A stretch of DNA of 42,971 nucleotides, taken from IMG/VR virus record IMGVR_UViG_2579778686_000011; one strand, given 5' to 3'. How positions within the stretch are numbered: the stretch's first letter is position 1; each line of letters opens with the position of its first letter. The position numbers and the translations under genes were made by a program. The notes under the pieces were generated by a model. It had not been told where the DNA came from. It searched no databases and saw only the letters and a program-made list of their open reading frames with translations. Source of the DNA: a virus. Taxonomy: Duplodnaviria > Heunggongvirae > Uroviricota > Caudoviricetes. Shown in pieces: positions 28,144 through 37,688 of this stretch.

Positions 28144-30697
28144 TCTTGTTATTGACCTGAGTCTGGATGCTGTCCGTTTCGATGAGCAGATGAGCCGGGT
28201 AAGGCGTCATTTTTCAGGTCTGGATACCGACGCCAGAAAAACCGCCAGTGCTGTTGAACAGGGCCTGAGCCGCCAGGCGCTGGCTGCACAAAAAGCCGGG
28301 ATTTCCGTCGGGCAGTATAAAGCGGCCATGCGAACCCTGCCCGCACAGTTTACGGATATCGCCACGCAGCTTGCAGGTGGTCAGAATCCCTGGCTGATCC
28401 TGCTGCAACAGGGCGGTCAGGTGAAGGACTCCTTCGGCGGGATGATCCCCATGTTCAGGGGGCTTGCCGGTGCGATCACCCTGCCGATGGTCGGGGTCAC
28501 CTCGCTGGCGGTGGCGACAGGTGCGCTGGTGTACGCCTGGTACCAGGGAGATTCCACGCTTTCAGCGTTTAATAAAACCCTGGTTCTTTCCGGTAATCAG
28601 TCCGGACTGACTGCCGATCGTATGCTGACTCTCTCAAGAGCCGGGCAGGCAGCAGGGCTGACGTTTAACCAGGCGAGAGAGTCACTGGCAGCCCTGGTGA
28701 ATGCCGGTGTGCGTGGTGGTGAACAGTTTGATGCCATCAACCAGAGTGTCGCGCGTTTTGCGTCTGCATCCGGTGTGGAGGTGGATAAAGTCGCTGAAGC
28801 CTTCGGGAAGCTGACCACTGACCCGACGTCGGGACTGATGGCGATGGCGCGCCAGTTCCGTAACGTGACGGCAGAGCAGATTGCGTATGTTGCACAGCTG
28901 CAGCGTTCCGGAGACGAGGCCGGGGCATTGCAGGCGGCGAACGATATCGCCACGAAAGGCTTTGATGAGCAGACCCGTCGCCTGAAAGAAAACATGGGAA
29001 CACTGGAGACCTGGGCGGATAAAACAGGGAAGGCATTCAAATCGATGTGGGATGCCATTCTGGATATCGGTCGTCCGGAATCCTCAGCGGATATGCTCGC
29101 CAGTGCGCAGAAGGCATTTGATGAGGCGGATAAAAAATGGCAGTGGTACCAGAGCCGGAGCCAGCGCCGCGGTAAAACCTCCTCTTTCCGGGCCAACCTT
29201 CAGGGCGCATGGGATGACCGGGAAAATGCCCGTCTGGGTCTGGCAGCGGCAACGCTGCAGTCGGATATGGAAAAAGCCGGTGAACTGGCGGCAAGGGACA
29301 GGGCTGAGCGTGAGTCGTCACAGCTGAAGTATACCGGAGAGGCGCAGAAGGCGTATGAGCGCCTGCTGACGCCACTGGAGAAATATACCGCCCGGCAGGA
29401 AGAGCTGAATAAGGCCCTGAAAGACGGGAAAATCCTGCAGGCGGATTACAACACGCTGATGGCGTCGGCAAAAAAGGATTATGAGTCGACGCAGAAAAAG
29501 CCGTCCGGTGTGAAGGTGTCTGCCGGTGAGCGCCAGGAAGACCAGGCGCATGCAGCCCTGCTGGCGCTTGAAACCGAGCTCAGGACGCTGGAAAAACACA
29601 GCGGTGTGAATGAGAAAATCAGCCAGCAGCGCCGGGATTTATGGGAAGCGGAAAATCAGTATGTGGTCCTGAAAGAGGCCGCCACGAAACGGCAGTTATC
29701 TGAGCAGGAAAAATCCCTGCTGGCCCATGAGAAAGAGACGCTGGAGTACAAACGCCAGCTGGCTGAGCTGGGCGACAAGATTGAACACCAGAAACGGCTG
29801 AATGAGCTGGCACAGCAGGCGGCGCGGTTTGAACAGCAGCAGAGCGCGAAGCAGGCGGCAATCAGCGCAAAAGCCCGCGGACTCACCGACCGTCAGGCGC
29901 AGCGGGAGTCGGAAGAGCAGCGCCTTCGTGAGGTGTACGGTGATAATCCGGCTGCGCTGGCGAAGGCCACATCTGCACTGAAGAACACCTGGTCTGCGGA
30001 GGAGCAGCTTCGTGGAAGCTGGATGGCCGGGATGAAGTCCGGCTGGGGCGAGTGGGCGGAAAGTGCGACGGACAGTTTTTCGCAGGTTAAAAACGCGGCC
30101 ACGCAGACCTTTGACGGTATTGCACAGAATATGGCAGCGATGCTGACCGGCAGCGAACAGAACTGGCGTGGTTTCACCCGTTCTGTGCTGTCCATGCTGA
30201 CAGAGATTTTTCTGAAGCAGGCGATGGTGGGGATAGTCGGGAGTATCGGCAGCGCCATTGGCGGGGCTGTTGGTGGCGGCGCATCCGCGTCAGGCGGTAC
30301 AGCCATTCAGGCTGCGGCGGCGAACTTCCATTTCGCGACCGGGGGATTTACGGGGACGGGGGGTAAATATGAACCTGCGGGGATTGTTCATCGCGGGGAG
30401 TTTGTCTTCACGAAGGAGGCGACCAGCCGGATTGGTGTCGGCAATCTGTACCGCCTGATGCGGGGCTATGCGGAAGGTGGTTATGTCGGCGGTGCCGGAA
30501 GTCCGGCGCAGATGCGGCGGGCGGAAGGCATTAATTTTAATCAGAACAATCACGTGGTGATTCAGAACGACGGCCCCAACGGGCGGGCAGGGCCGCAGCT
30601 GATGAAAGCGGTGTATGAGATGGCCCGCAAGGGGGCACAGGATGAACTCCGGCTGCAGTTGCGTGATGGCGGTATGTTATCAGGGAGCGGTGGATGA
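28124..30697 (+). CDS. H: Tail tape measure protein H
   Basis: 857 aa collinear with lambda gpH (PVGDLVIDLSLDAVRFDEQM, GISVGQYKAAMRTLPAQFTD, C-terminal GGFTGTGGKYEPAGIVHRGEFVFTKEATSRIGVGNLYRLMRGY). Confidence 0.92.
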   Translation: MSQPVGDLVIDLSLDAVRFDEQMSRVRRHFSGLDTDARKTASAVEQGLSRQALAAQKAGISVGQYKAAMRTLPAQFTDIATQLAGGQNPWLILLQQGGQVKDSFGGMIPMFRGLAGAITLPMVGVTSLAVATGALVYAWYQGDSTLSAFNKTLVLSGNQSGLTADRMLTLSRAGQAAGLTFNQARESLAALVNAGVRGGEQFDAINQSVARFASASGVEVDKVAEAFGKLTTDPTSGLMAMARQFRNVTAEQIAYVAQLQRSGDEAGALQAANDIATKGFDEQTRRLKENMGTLETWADKTGKAFKSMWDAILDIGRPESSADMLASAQKAFDEADKKWQWYQSRSQRRGKTSSFRANLQGAWDDRENARLGLAAATLQSDMEKAGELAARDRAERESSQLKYTGEAQKAYERLLTPLEKYTARQEELNKALKDGKILQADYNTLMASAKKDYESTQKKPSGVKVSAGERQEDQAHAALLALETELRTLEKHSGVNEKISQQRRDLWEAENQYVVLKEAATKRQLSEQEKSLLAHEKETLEYKRQLAELGDKIEHQKRLNELAQQAARFEQQQSAKQAAISAKARGLTDRQAQRESEEQRLREVYGDNPAALAKATSALKNTWSAEEQLRGSWMAGMKSGWGEWAESATDSFSQVKNAATQTFDGIAQNMAAMLTGSEQNWRGFTRSVLSMLTEIFLKQAMVGIVGSIGSAIGGAVGGGASASGGTAIQAAAANFHFATGGFTGTGGKYEPAGIVHRGEFVFTKEATSRIGVGNLYRLMRGYAEGGYVGGAGSPAQMRRAEGINFNQNNHVVIQNDGPNGRAGPQLMKAVYEMARKGAQDELRLQLRDGGMLSGSGG

Positions 30698-31023
30698 AAA
30701 CCTTTCGCTGGAAAGTGAAGCCGGATATGGAGGTGAACTCGCAGCCATCGGTGCGTGAAGTGCGTTTTGGTGACGGGTACTCACAGCGTATGGCGGCAGG
30801 GCTGAATGCTGACCTGAAAACATACAGGGTGACGCTTTCCGTGACCCGGGAGGAGGCCCGGCATCTGGAAGCGTTCCTGGCAGAGCACGGTGGCTGGAAG
30901 GCATTTTTGTGGAAGCCACCCTATGCATACCGGCAGATAAAGGTGACCTGTGCCGGGTGGTCTGCGCGGGTCGGGATGTTGCGCGTTGAGTTCAGCGCGG
31001 AGTTTAAGCAGGTGGTGAACTGA
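30694..31023 (+). CDS. M: Minor tail protein M
   Basis: 109 aa, MKTFRWKVKP...RVEFSAEFKQVVN matches lambda gpM. Confidence 0.9.
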   Translation: MKTFRWKVKPDMEVNSQPSVREVRFGDGYSQRMAAGLNADLKTYRVTLSVTREEARHLEAFLAEHGGWKAFLWKPPYAYRQIKVTCAGWSARVGMLRVEFSAEFKQVVN

Positions 31024-31721
31024 TGCAGGATATTCGAGAAGAAAGTCTGAACGAGTCGGTTAAGTCAGAGCAGTCACCGCGGGTGGTACTCTGGGAAATC
31101 GACCTGACGGTACAGGGTGGTGAGCGGTATTTTTTCTGTAATGAGCTGAATGAAAAAGGGGAGCCGGTCACCTGGCAGGGGCGTAAGTATGAGGCATACC
31201 CGATTGACGGCAGCGGCTTTGAGATGAACGGCCGGGGCAGCAGTGCCAGACCGTCGCTGACGGTGTCCAATCTGTTCGGTCTGGTCACCGGGATGGCGGA
31301 AGACCTGCAGAGTCTGGTGGGGGCCACGGTGGTCCGCCGCCGGGTGTATGCCCGTTTTCTGGATGCGGTGAATTTCGTTGCGGGCAATCCGGAGGCGGAC
31401 CCGGAGCAGGAGCTGAGTGACCGCTGGGTGGTGGAGCAGATGTCGCAGCTGACAGCCATGACGGCCTCGTTTGTGCTGGCTACACCGACCGAGACGGACG
31501 GGGCGCTGTTTCCCGGTCGCATCATGCTGGCGAACACCTGTATGTGGGATTACCGGGGAGATGAATGCGGGTATAACGGTCCTGCGGTGGCGGATGAGTT
31601 CGACAACCCCACCACGGATATCCGTAAGGACAGATGCAGCAAGTGCATGCGCGGGTGTGAACTGCGCAGGAATGTCGGCAATTTTGGCGGTTTCCTTTCC
31701 ATTAATAAACTTTCGCAGTAA
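31023..31721 (+). CDS. L: Minor tail protein L
   Basis: 232 aa, MQDIREESLNE...VVLWEIDLT... with C-terminal Cys cluster as in lambda gpL. Confidence 0.9.
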   Translation: MQDIREESLNESVKSEQSPRVVLWEIDLTVQGGERYFFCNELNEKGEPVTWQGRKYEAYPIDGSGFEMNGRGSSARPSLTVSNLFGLVTGMAEDLQSLVGATVVRRRVYARFLDAVNFVAGNPEADPEQELSDRWVVEQMSQLTAMTASFVLATPTETDGALFPGRIMLANTCMWDYRGDECGYNGPAVADEFDNPTTDIRKDRCSKCMRGCELRRNVGNFGGFLSINKLSQ

Positions 31722-31731
31722 ATCCCGGTTT

Positions 31732-32475
31732 ATGACACAGACTGAATCAGCGATTCTGGCGCATGCCCGGCGGTGTGCGCCTGCGGAGTCGTGCGGCTTC
31801 GTGATAAGCACGCCGGAGGGGGAGTGGTATATCCCTTGTGTGAATATTTCTGCAGAGCCGGAGGCGTATTTTCGTATCGCACCGGAAGACTGGCTGCGGG
31901 CAGAGATGCAGGGGGAGATTGTGGCACTGGTCCACAGTCATCCCGGTGGGCTGCCCTGGCTGAGCGAGGCTGACCGGCGGCTGCAGATAAAAAGCGCACT
32001 GCCCTGGTGGCTGGTCTGCCGGGGTGACATTCACAAATTCCGCTGTGTGCCACATCTGACAGGACGGCGCTTTGAGCACGGGGTGACGGACTGTTACACG
32101 CTGTTCCGGGATGCTTATCATCTGGCGGGGACTGAAATGCCGGATTTTCATCGCGAGGATGACTGGTGGCGCAACGGTCAGAACCTTTACCTGGACAATA
32201 TGGCGGTCACCGGCTTTTACCGGGTGCCCCTGTCCTCTGCACAGGCGGGCGATATTCTGCTGTGCTGCTTTGGTGCTTCGGTACCGAACCATGCCGCCAT
32301 TTACTGCGGCAACGGTGAGCTTCTTCACCATCTGCCTGAACAACTGAGTAAACGGGAGAGGTATTCCGAAAAATGGCAACGACGAACGCATTCTGTCTGG
32401 CGTCACCGCCACTGGCACGCATCTGCCTTCACGGGGATTTACAACGATTTGGCCGCCGCCTCAGCCTGTATGTGA
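31732..32475 (+). CDS. K: Tail assembly protein K (MPN/JAB plus NlpC/P60-like)
   Basis: MTQTESAILAHARRCAPAESCGFV...HSHPGG...HGVTDCYTLFRDAYH matches lambda gpK from ATG 31732; the longer 31471 frame is an upstream read-through artefact. Confidence 0.88.
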   Translation: MTQTESAILAHARRCAPAESCGFVISTPEGEWYIPCVNISAEPEAYFRIAPEDWLRAEMQGEIVALVHSHPGGLPWLSEADRRLQIKSALPWWLVCRGDIHKFRCVPHLTGRRFEHGVTDCYTLFRDAYHLAGTEMPDFHREDDWWRNGQNLYLDNMAVTGFYRVPLSSAQAGDILLCCFGASVPNHAAIYCGNGELLHHLPEQLSKRERYSEKWQRRTHSVWRHRHWHASAFTGIYNDLAAASACM

Positions 32476-33053
32476 ACACGGCAGCGGAAGCCATCCGGGC
32501 GCTGTCGTTACAGGTGCCGGGCTTTCGCCGTCAGATGAACGAAGGCTGGTACCAGATACGTATTGCCGGTTATGACACGGCACCGGAGGCGGTGTACGCC
32601 CGTCTTCACGAACAGCTGGGTGAGGGAACGGTCATCCATATTGTGCCGCGACTGGCCGGGGCCGGAAAGGGTGGACTGCAGATTGTGCTGGGGGCGGCAG
32701 CCATCGTGGGCTCTTTCTTCACTGCCGGTGCCTCGATGGCGTTATGGGGTACAGCCCTGAGTGCCGGCGGTTTTTCTGCCACCACGATGCTGTTTTCACT
32801 GGGGGCCAGCATGATACTGGGCGGTGTGGCCCAGATGCTGGCCCCGAAGGCAAAAACACCGGAGTACAAAAGCACGGATAACGGTAAACAGAACACGTAC
32901 TTTTCCTCCCTGGATAACATGATTGCCCAGGGTAACCCGATGCCGGTGCCTTACGGGGAAATGCTGGTTGGCTCCCGCCGTATATCCCAGGACATCAGTA
33001 CCCGTGATGAAGGCGGGGGCGGAAAGGTCGTGGTTATCGGGCGGCAGGGGTAA
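32373..33053 (+). CDS. I: Tail assembly protein I
   Basis: LASPPLARICLHGDLQRFGRR...KQNTYFSSLDNMIAQGNPMPVPYGEMLVGSR collinear with lambda gpI. Confidence 0.88.
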   Translation: MATTNAFCLASPPLARICLHGDLQRFGRRLSLYVNTAAEAIRALSLQVPGFRRQMNEGWYQIRIAGYDTAPEAVYARLHEQLGEGTVIHIVPRLAGAGKGGLQIVLGAAAIVGSFFTAGASMALWGTALSAGGFSATTMLFSLGASMILGGVAQMLAPKAKTPEYKSTDNGKQNTYFSSLDNMIAQGNPMPVPYGEMLVGSRRISQDISTRDEGGGGKVVVIGRQG

Positions 33054-33263
33054 AAAGAATAAAAAAATCCCGCAGTGATCGCGGACAGGAACTGCGGGAG
33101 AGTTACGAAGATTAAGTGTAAGGAATTATTCTTATATCACGACAAAAAAATTAACGCAGAGAAATTATACGCGCCACAGTCAGTTTGTGAAAATGTGAAG
33201 ATATTCAGAATTTTTATGCCATTACCGGTTTTAACCAACAGGATTATCGGTGGGCATGAAAGA

Positions 33264-33299
33264 AAACCCCGGTATCTGCTGATACCGGGGTTTCTCTTT
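33264..33299. terminator. Hairpin with U-tracts on both sides in the I-J intergenic insert (possible bidirectional terminator)
   Basis: AACCCCGGTATC-TGCTG-ATACCGGGGTT perfect stem flanked by TTCTCTTT on plus and TTTCTTTC on minus. Confidence 0.5.
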
Positions 33300-33396
33300 A
33301 GCATGGCAGAAATGTGTTTCATGCTTTTCGGGCGAAGGATATCCGACTTCTGTACGGAATGGCAAGTGGCGGTTAATTTATTCAGGGGAAGGCTGT

Positions 33397-36300
33397 ATGG
33401 GAAAAGGTGGCGGTAAGGCACACACGCCTCGTGAGGCGAAGGATAATCTCAAATCCACGCAGATGATGAGTGTGATTGATGCGATTGGTGAGGGACCGAT
33501 AGAAGGTCCGGTGAAGGGACTGCAGAGTATTCTGGTGAACAAAACCCCACTGACGGACACGGACGGCAATCCCGTGATACACGGTGTGACGGCGGTCTGG
33601 CGCGCCGGGGAGCAGGAGCAGACACCACCGGAAGGCTTTGAGTCCTCCGGAGCTGAAACCGGACTGGGCGTGGAAGTGACGAAGGCAAAACCGGTGACGC
33701 GCACCATTACGTCCGCGAACATTGACCGCCTGCGGGTTACCTTCGGGGTGCAGTCACTGGTGGAGACCACCTCAAAGGGTGACCGTAACCCGGCATCCGT
33801 CCGCCTGCTGATTCAGTTACAGCGTAACGGTAACTGGGTGACAGAAAAGGACGTCACCATTAACGGCAAGACCACCTCACAGTTCCTGGCCTCGGTGATT
33901 CTGGATAATCTGCCTCCCCGGCCCTTTAACATCCGGATGGTCAGGGAGACGGCGGACAGCACCACGGACCAGCTGCAGAATAAGACGCTGTGGTCGTCAT
34001 ACACCGAAATCATCGATGTGAAACAGTGCTACCCGAACACGGCCATTGTGGGGCTGCAGGTGGATGCGGAGCAGTTCGGCGGCCAGCAGATGACGGTGAA
34101 CTACCATATCCGCGGTCGCATCATCCAGGTGCCGTCAAACTATGACCCGGAAAAACGCACGTACAGTGGTATCTGGGACGGCAGTCTGAAACCGGCATAC
34201 AGCAACAACCCGGCCTGGTGCCTGTGGGACATGCTGACTCACCCGCGCTACGGCATGGGAAAACGTCTGGGGGCGGCGGATGTGGACAAGTGGGCGCTGT
34301 ATGCCATCGGGCAGTACTGCGACCAGACGGTCCCGGATGGTTTCGGGGGGACCGAGCCGCGGATGACCTTTAATGCGTACCTGGCACAACAGCGTAAGGC
34401 GTGGGACGTTCTCAGTGATTTCTGCTCTGCGATGCGCTGTATGCCGGTATGGAACGGTCAGACGCTGACGTTCGTTCAGGACCGCCCGTCGGATGTGGTG
34501 TGGCCGTACACCAACAGCGATGTGGTGGTGGATGATAACGGCGTGGGATTCCGCTACAGCTTCAGTGCCCTGAAGGACCGGCACACGGCGGTGGAGGTGA
34601 ATTACACCGACCCGCAGAACGGCTGGCAGACCTCCACGGAACTGGTGGAAGACCCGGAAGCCATACTGCGCTACGGACGCAACCTGCTGAAGATGGACGC
34701 GTTCGGCTGTACCAGCCGCGGTCAGGCCCACCGTGCCGGACTGTGGGTGATAAAGACCGAACTGCTGGAAACGCAGACGGTGGATTTCACGCTCGGGTCT
34801 CAGGGGCTGCGGCACACACCCGGTGACATCATTGAAATCTGTGATAACGACTATGCCGGGACCCTGACCGGCGGACGTGTCCTGTCCATTGATGCTGCCA
34901 CCCGCACCCTGACGCTGGACCGTGAAGTGACACTTCCGGAGACCGGTGCCGCCACGGTGAACCTGATTAACGGCAGCGGTAAGCCGGTGAGTGTGGACAT
35001 CACCGAACACCCCGCGCCGGACCGGATACAGGTCAGTACCCTGCCTGATGGTGTGGAGACATACGGGGTGTGGGGACTCTCCCTGCCGTCACTGCGCCGT
35101 CGTCTGTTCCGCTGTGTCTCCGTCCGGGAAAACACGGACGGCACCTTTGCCATCACGGCGGTGCAGCACGTACCGGAAAAAGAAGCCATCGTGGATAACG
35201 GTGCCCGCTTTGAGCCGCAGTCAGGTTCCCTGAACAGCGTCATCCCACCGGCAGTGCAGCACCTGACGGTGGAGGTGAGCGCAGCTGACGGCCAGTATCT
35301 GGCGCAGGCGAAATGGGACACGCCGCGGGTGGTGAAGGGTGTGCGCTTCAGTCTGCGCCTGACCAGTGGTAAGGGAACGGATGCCAGACTGGTGACCACC
35401 GCCATCACCGCAGACACGGAGCACCGTTTCAGCGGCCTGCCGCTCGGGGAATACACCCTGACGGTGCGGGCGATAAACAGCTATGGCCAGCAGGGTGAAC
35501 CTGCCACCACCACCTTCCGGATTACCGCACCGGCAGCACCGTCGCGGATTGAGCTGACGCCGGGCTATTTTCAGATAACCGCAACGCCACATCTTGCCGT
35601 TTATGACCCGACGGTACAGTTTGAGTTCTGGTTCTCGGAAAAGCGGATTGCGGATATCAGGCAGGTTGAAACCGCAGCCCGCTATCTTGGCTCGGCGCTG
35701 TACTGGATAGCTGCCAGTATCAATATCAAACCGGGCCATGATTATTATTTTTATATCCGCAGTGTGAATACTGTTGGCAAATCGGCATTCGTGGAGGCTG
35801 TCGGTCGGGCGAGCGATGATGCGGAAGGTTACCTGGATTTTTTCAAAGGAGAAATCGGGAAAACACATCTGGCCCAGGAGCTGTGGACGCAGATTGATAA
35901 CGGTCAGCTTGCGCCGGACCTGGCTGAAATCAGGACGTCCATTACGAATGTCAGCAATGAAATCACGCAGACCGTCAATAAAAAACTGGAAAATCAGAGT
36001 GCGGCAATCCAGCAGATACAGAAAGTTCAGGTTGATACAAATAATAACCTGAACAGCATGTGGGCCGTGAAACTGCAGCAGATGCAGGACGGACGCCTTT
36101 ATATTGCGGGTATCGGTGCCGGTATTGAGAATACGCCAGCAGGAATGCAGAGTCAGGTGCTGCTGGCGGCAGACAGGATTGCGATGATTAATCCTGCGAA
36201 TGGCAACACAAAGCCGATGTTTGTTGGTCAGGGCGATCAGATATTTATGAATGAAGTGTTCCTGAAATATCTGACGGCTCCCACCATTACCAGCGGCGGT

Positions 36301-36870
36301 AATCCTCCGGCATTTTCCCTGACACCGGACGGGCGGCTGACGGCGAAAAATGCCGATATCAGCGGTAACGTGAATGCGAACTCCGGGACGCTCAACAACG
36401 TCACGATTAACGAGAACTGTCGGGTTCTGGGAAAATTGTCCGCGAACCAGATTGAAGGCGATCTCGTTAAAACAGTGGGCAAAGCTTTCCCCCGGGACTC
36501 CCGTGCACCGGAGCGGTGGCCATCAGGAACCATTACCGTCAGGGTTTATGACGATCAGCCGTTTGACCGGCAGATTGTTATTCCGGCGGTGGCATTCAGC
36601 GGCGCTAAACATGAGAAAGAGCATACTGATATTTACTCCTCATGCCGTCTGATAGTGCGGAAAAACGGTGCTGAAATTTATAACCGTACCGCGCTGGATA
36701 ATACGCTGATTTACAGTGGTGTTATTGATATGCCTGCCGGTCACGGTCACATGACACTGGAGTTTTCGGTGTCAGCATGGCTGGTAAATAACTGGTATCC
36801 CACAGCAAGTATCAGCGATTTGCTGGTTGTGGTGATGAAGAAAGCCACTGCAGGCATCACGATTAGCTGA
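33397..36870 (+). CDS. J: Tail tip / host specificity protein J
   Basis: 1157 aa collinear with lambda gpJ ([22 protein letters not shown] ... [31 protein letters not shown]). Confidence 0.92.
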   Translation: MGKGGGKAHTPREAKDNLKSTQMMSVIDAIGEGPIEGPVKGLQSILVNKTPLTDTDGNPVIHGVTAVWRAGEQEQTPPEGFESSGAETGLGVEVTKAKPVTRTITSANIDRLRVTFGVQSLVETTSKGDRNPASVRLLIQLQRNGNWVTEKDVTINGKTTSQFLASVILDNLPPRPFNIRMVRETADSTTDQLQNKTLWSSYTEIIDVKQCYPNTAIVGLQVDAEQFGGQQMTVNYHIRGRIIQVPSNYDPEKRTYSGIWDGSLKPAYSNNPAWCLWDMLTHPRYGMGKRLGAADVDKWALYAIGQYCDQTVPDGFGGTEPRMTFNAYLAQQRKAWDVLSDFCSAMRCMPVWNGQTLTFVQDRPSDVVWPYTNSDVVVDDNGVGFRYSFSALKDRHTAVEVNYTDPQNGWQTSTELVEDPEAILRYGRNLLKMDAFGCTSRGQAHRAGLWVIKTELLETQTVDFTLGSQGLRHTPGDIIEICDNDYAGTLTGGRVLSIDAATRTLTLDREVTLPETGAATVNLINGSGKPVSVDITEHPAPDRIQVSTLPDGVETYGVWGLSLPSLRRRLFRCVSVRENTDGTFAITAVQHVPEKEAIVDNGARFEPQSGSLNSVIPPAVQHLTVEVSAADGQYLAQAKWDTPRVVKGVRFSLRLTSGKGTDARLVTTAITADTEHRFSGLPLGEYTLTVRAINSYGQQGEPATTTFRITAPAAPSRIELTPGYFQITATPHLAVYDPTVQFEFWFSEKRIADIRQVETAARYLGSALYWIAASINIKPGHDYYFYIRSVNTVGKSAFVEAVGRASDDAEGYLDFFKGEIGKTHLAQELWTQIDNGQLAPDLAEIRTSITNVSNEITQTVNKKLENQSAAIQQIQKVQVDTNNNLNSMWAVKLQQMQDGRLYIAGIGAGIENTPAGMQSQVLLAADRIAMINPANGNTKPMFVGQGDQIFMNEVFLKYLTAPTITSGGNPPAFSLTPDGRLTAKNADISGNVNANSGTLNNVTINENCRVLGKLSANQIEGDLVKTVGKAFPRDSRAPERWPSGTITVRVYDDQPFDRQIVIPAVAFSGAKHEKEHTDIYSSCRLIVRKNGAEIYNRTALDNTLIYSGVIDMPAGHGHMTLEFSVSAWLVNNWYPTASISDLLVVVMKKATAGITIS

Positions 36871-36937
36871 ATTTTATAACCCAGATACGGGCGCCAGAAA
36901 TGGCGCCTTTTTTATTGCAGAAAAGCTAGAGGTAATT

Positions 36938-37537
36938 ATGCGTAAATTATGTGCTGTTATTTTGTCCGCAGTAGTCTGGCAGGTCGCCGCTGCTACGCCA
37001 GCGAGTGCAGCAGAACATCAGTCCACGCTGAGCGCGGGGTATCTCCATGCCTCGACGAACGTTCCCGGTAGTGATGATCTGAACGGGATTAACGTGAAAT
37101 ACCGTTATGAGTTTACGGACGCGCTGGGGCTGATTACGTCCTTCAGTTATGCCAATGCTGAGGATGAGCAAAAAACGCGCTACAGCGATACCCGCTGGCA
37201 TGAAGATTCCGTGCGTAACCGCTGGTTCAGCGTGATGGCGGGGCCGTCTGTACGCGTGAATGAATGGTTCAGCGCGTATGCGATGGCGGGTGTGGCTTAC
37301 AGCCGTGTATCGACTTTCTCCGGGGATTATCTCCGCGTAACTGACAACAAGGGGAAAACGCACGATGTGCTGACCGGAAGTGATGACGGTCGCCACAGCA
37401 ACACGTCTCTGGCGTGGGGGGCTGGCGTGCAGTTTAACCCGACCGAATCCGTGACCATTGACCTTGCTTATGAAGGTTCCGGTAGTGGCGACTGGCGAAC
37501 GGATGCATTTATTGTTGGTATCGGATACCGTTTCTGA
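36938..37537 (+). CDS. lom: Outer membrane protein Lom (Ail/Lom family)
   Basis: Signal peptide then beta-barrel with C-terminal AYEGSGSGDWRTDAFIVGIGYRF as in lambda Lom. Confidence 0.88.
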   Translation: MRKLCAVILSAVVWQVAAATPASAAEHQSTLSAGYLHASTNVPGSDDLNGINVKYRYEFTDALGLITSFSYANAEDEQKTRYSDTRWHEDSVRNRWFSVMAGPSVRVNEWFSAYAMAGVAYSRVSTFSGDYLRVTDNKGKTHDVLTGSDDGRHSNTSLAWGAGVQFNPTESVTIDLAYEGSGSGDWRTDAFIVGIGYRF

Positions 37538-37688
37538 CAACAGACGCCGATTTATCTTCTGTAAATATTGTTATGATACGCAGGTTCATCCACCTTATGG
37601 GGTGAACTGCGTTTGAGGAAACGTAAAGTTACACTGTCCTGAAGCCCGTGGCGTCACTGCTGCGGGCTTTTTTTATTGGTGGAAAAGT

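Noticed and set aside
31471-31731. N-terminal extension of the K frame (334 aa ORF starting at 31471)
   Set aside because: The extension overlaps the end of L in another frame; lambda-type K begins at MTQTESAIL (ATG 31732).
34135-35868. Minus-strand ORFs (291, 201 and 215 aa) inside J
   Set aside because: Antisense to a confidently identified gene; Arg/Pro-rich composition typical of antisense frames.
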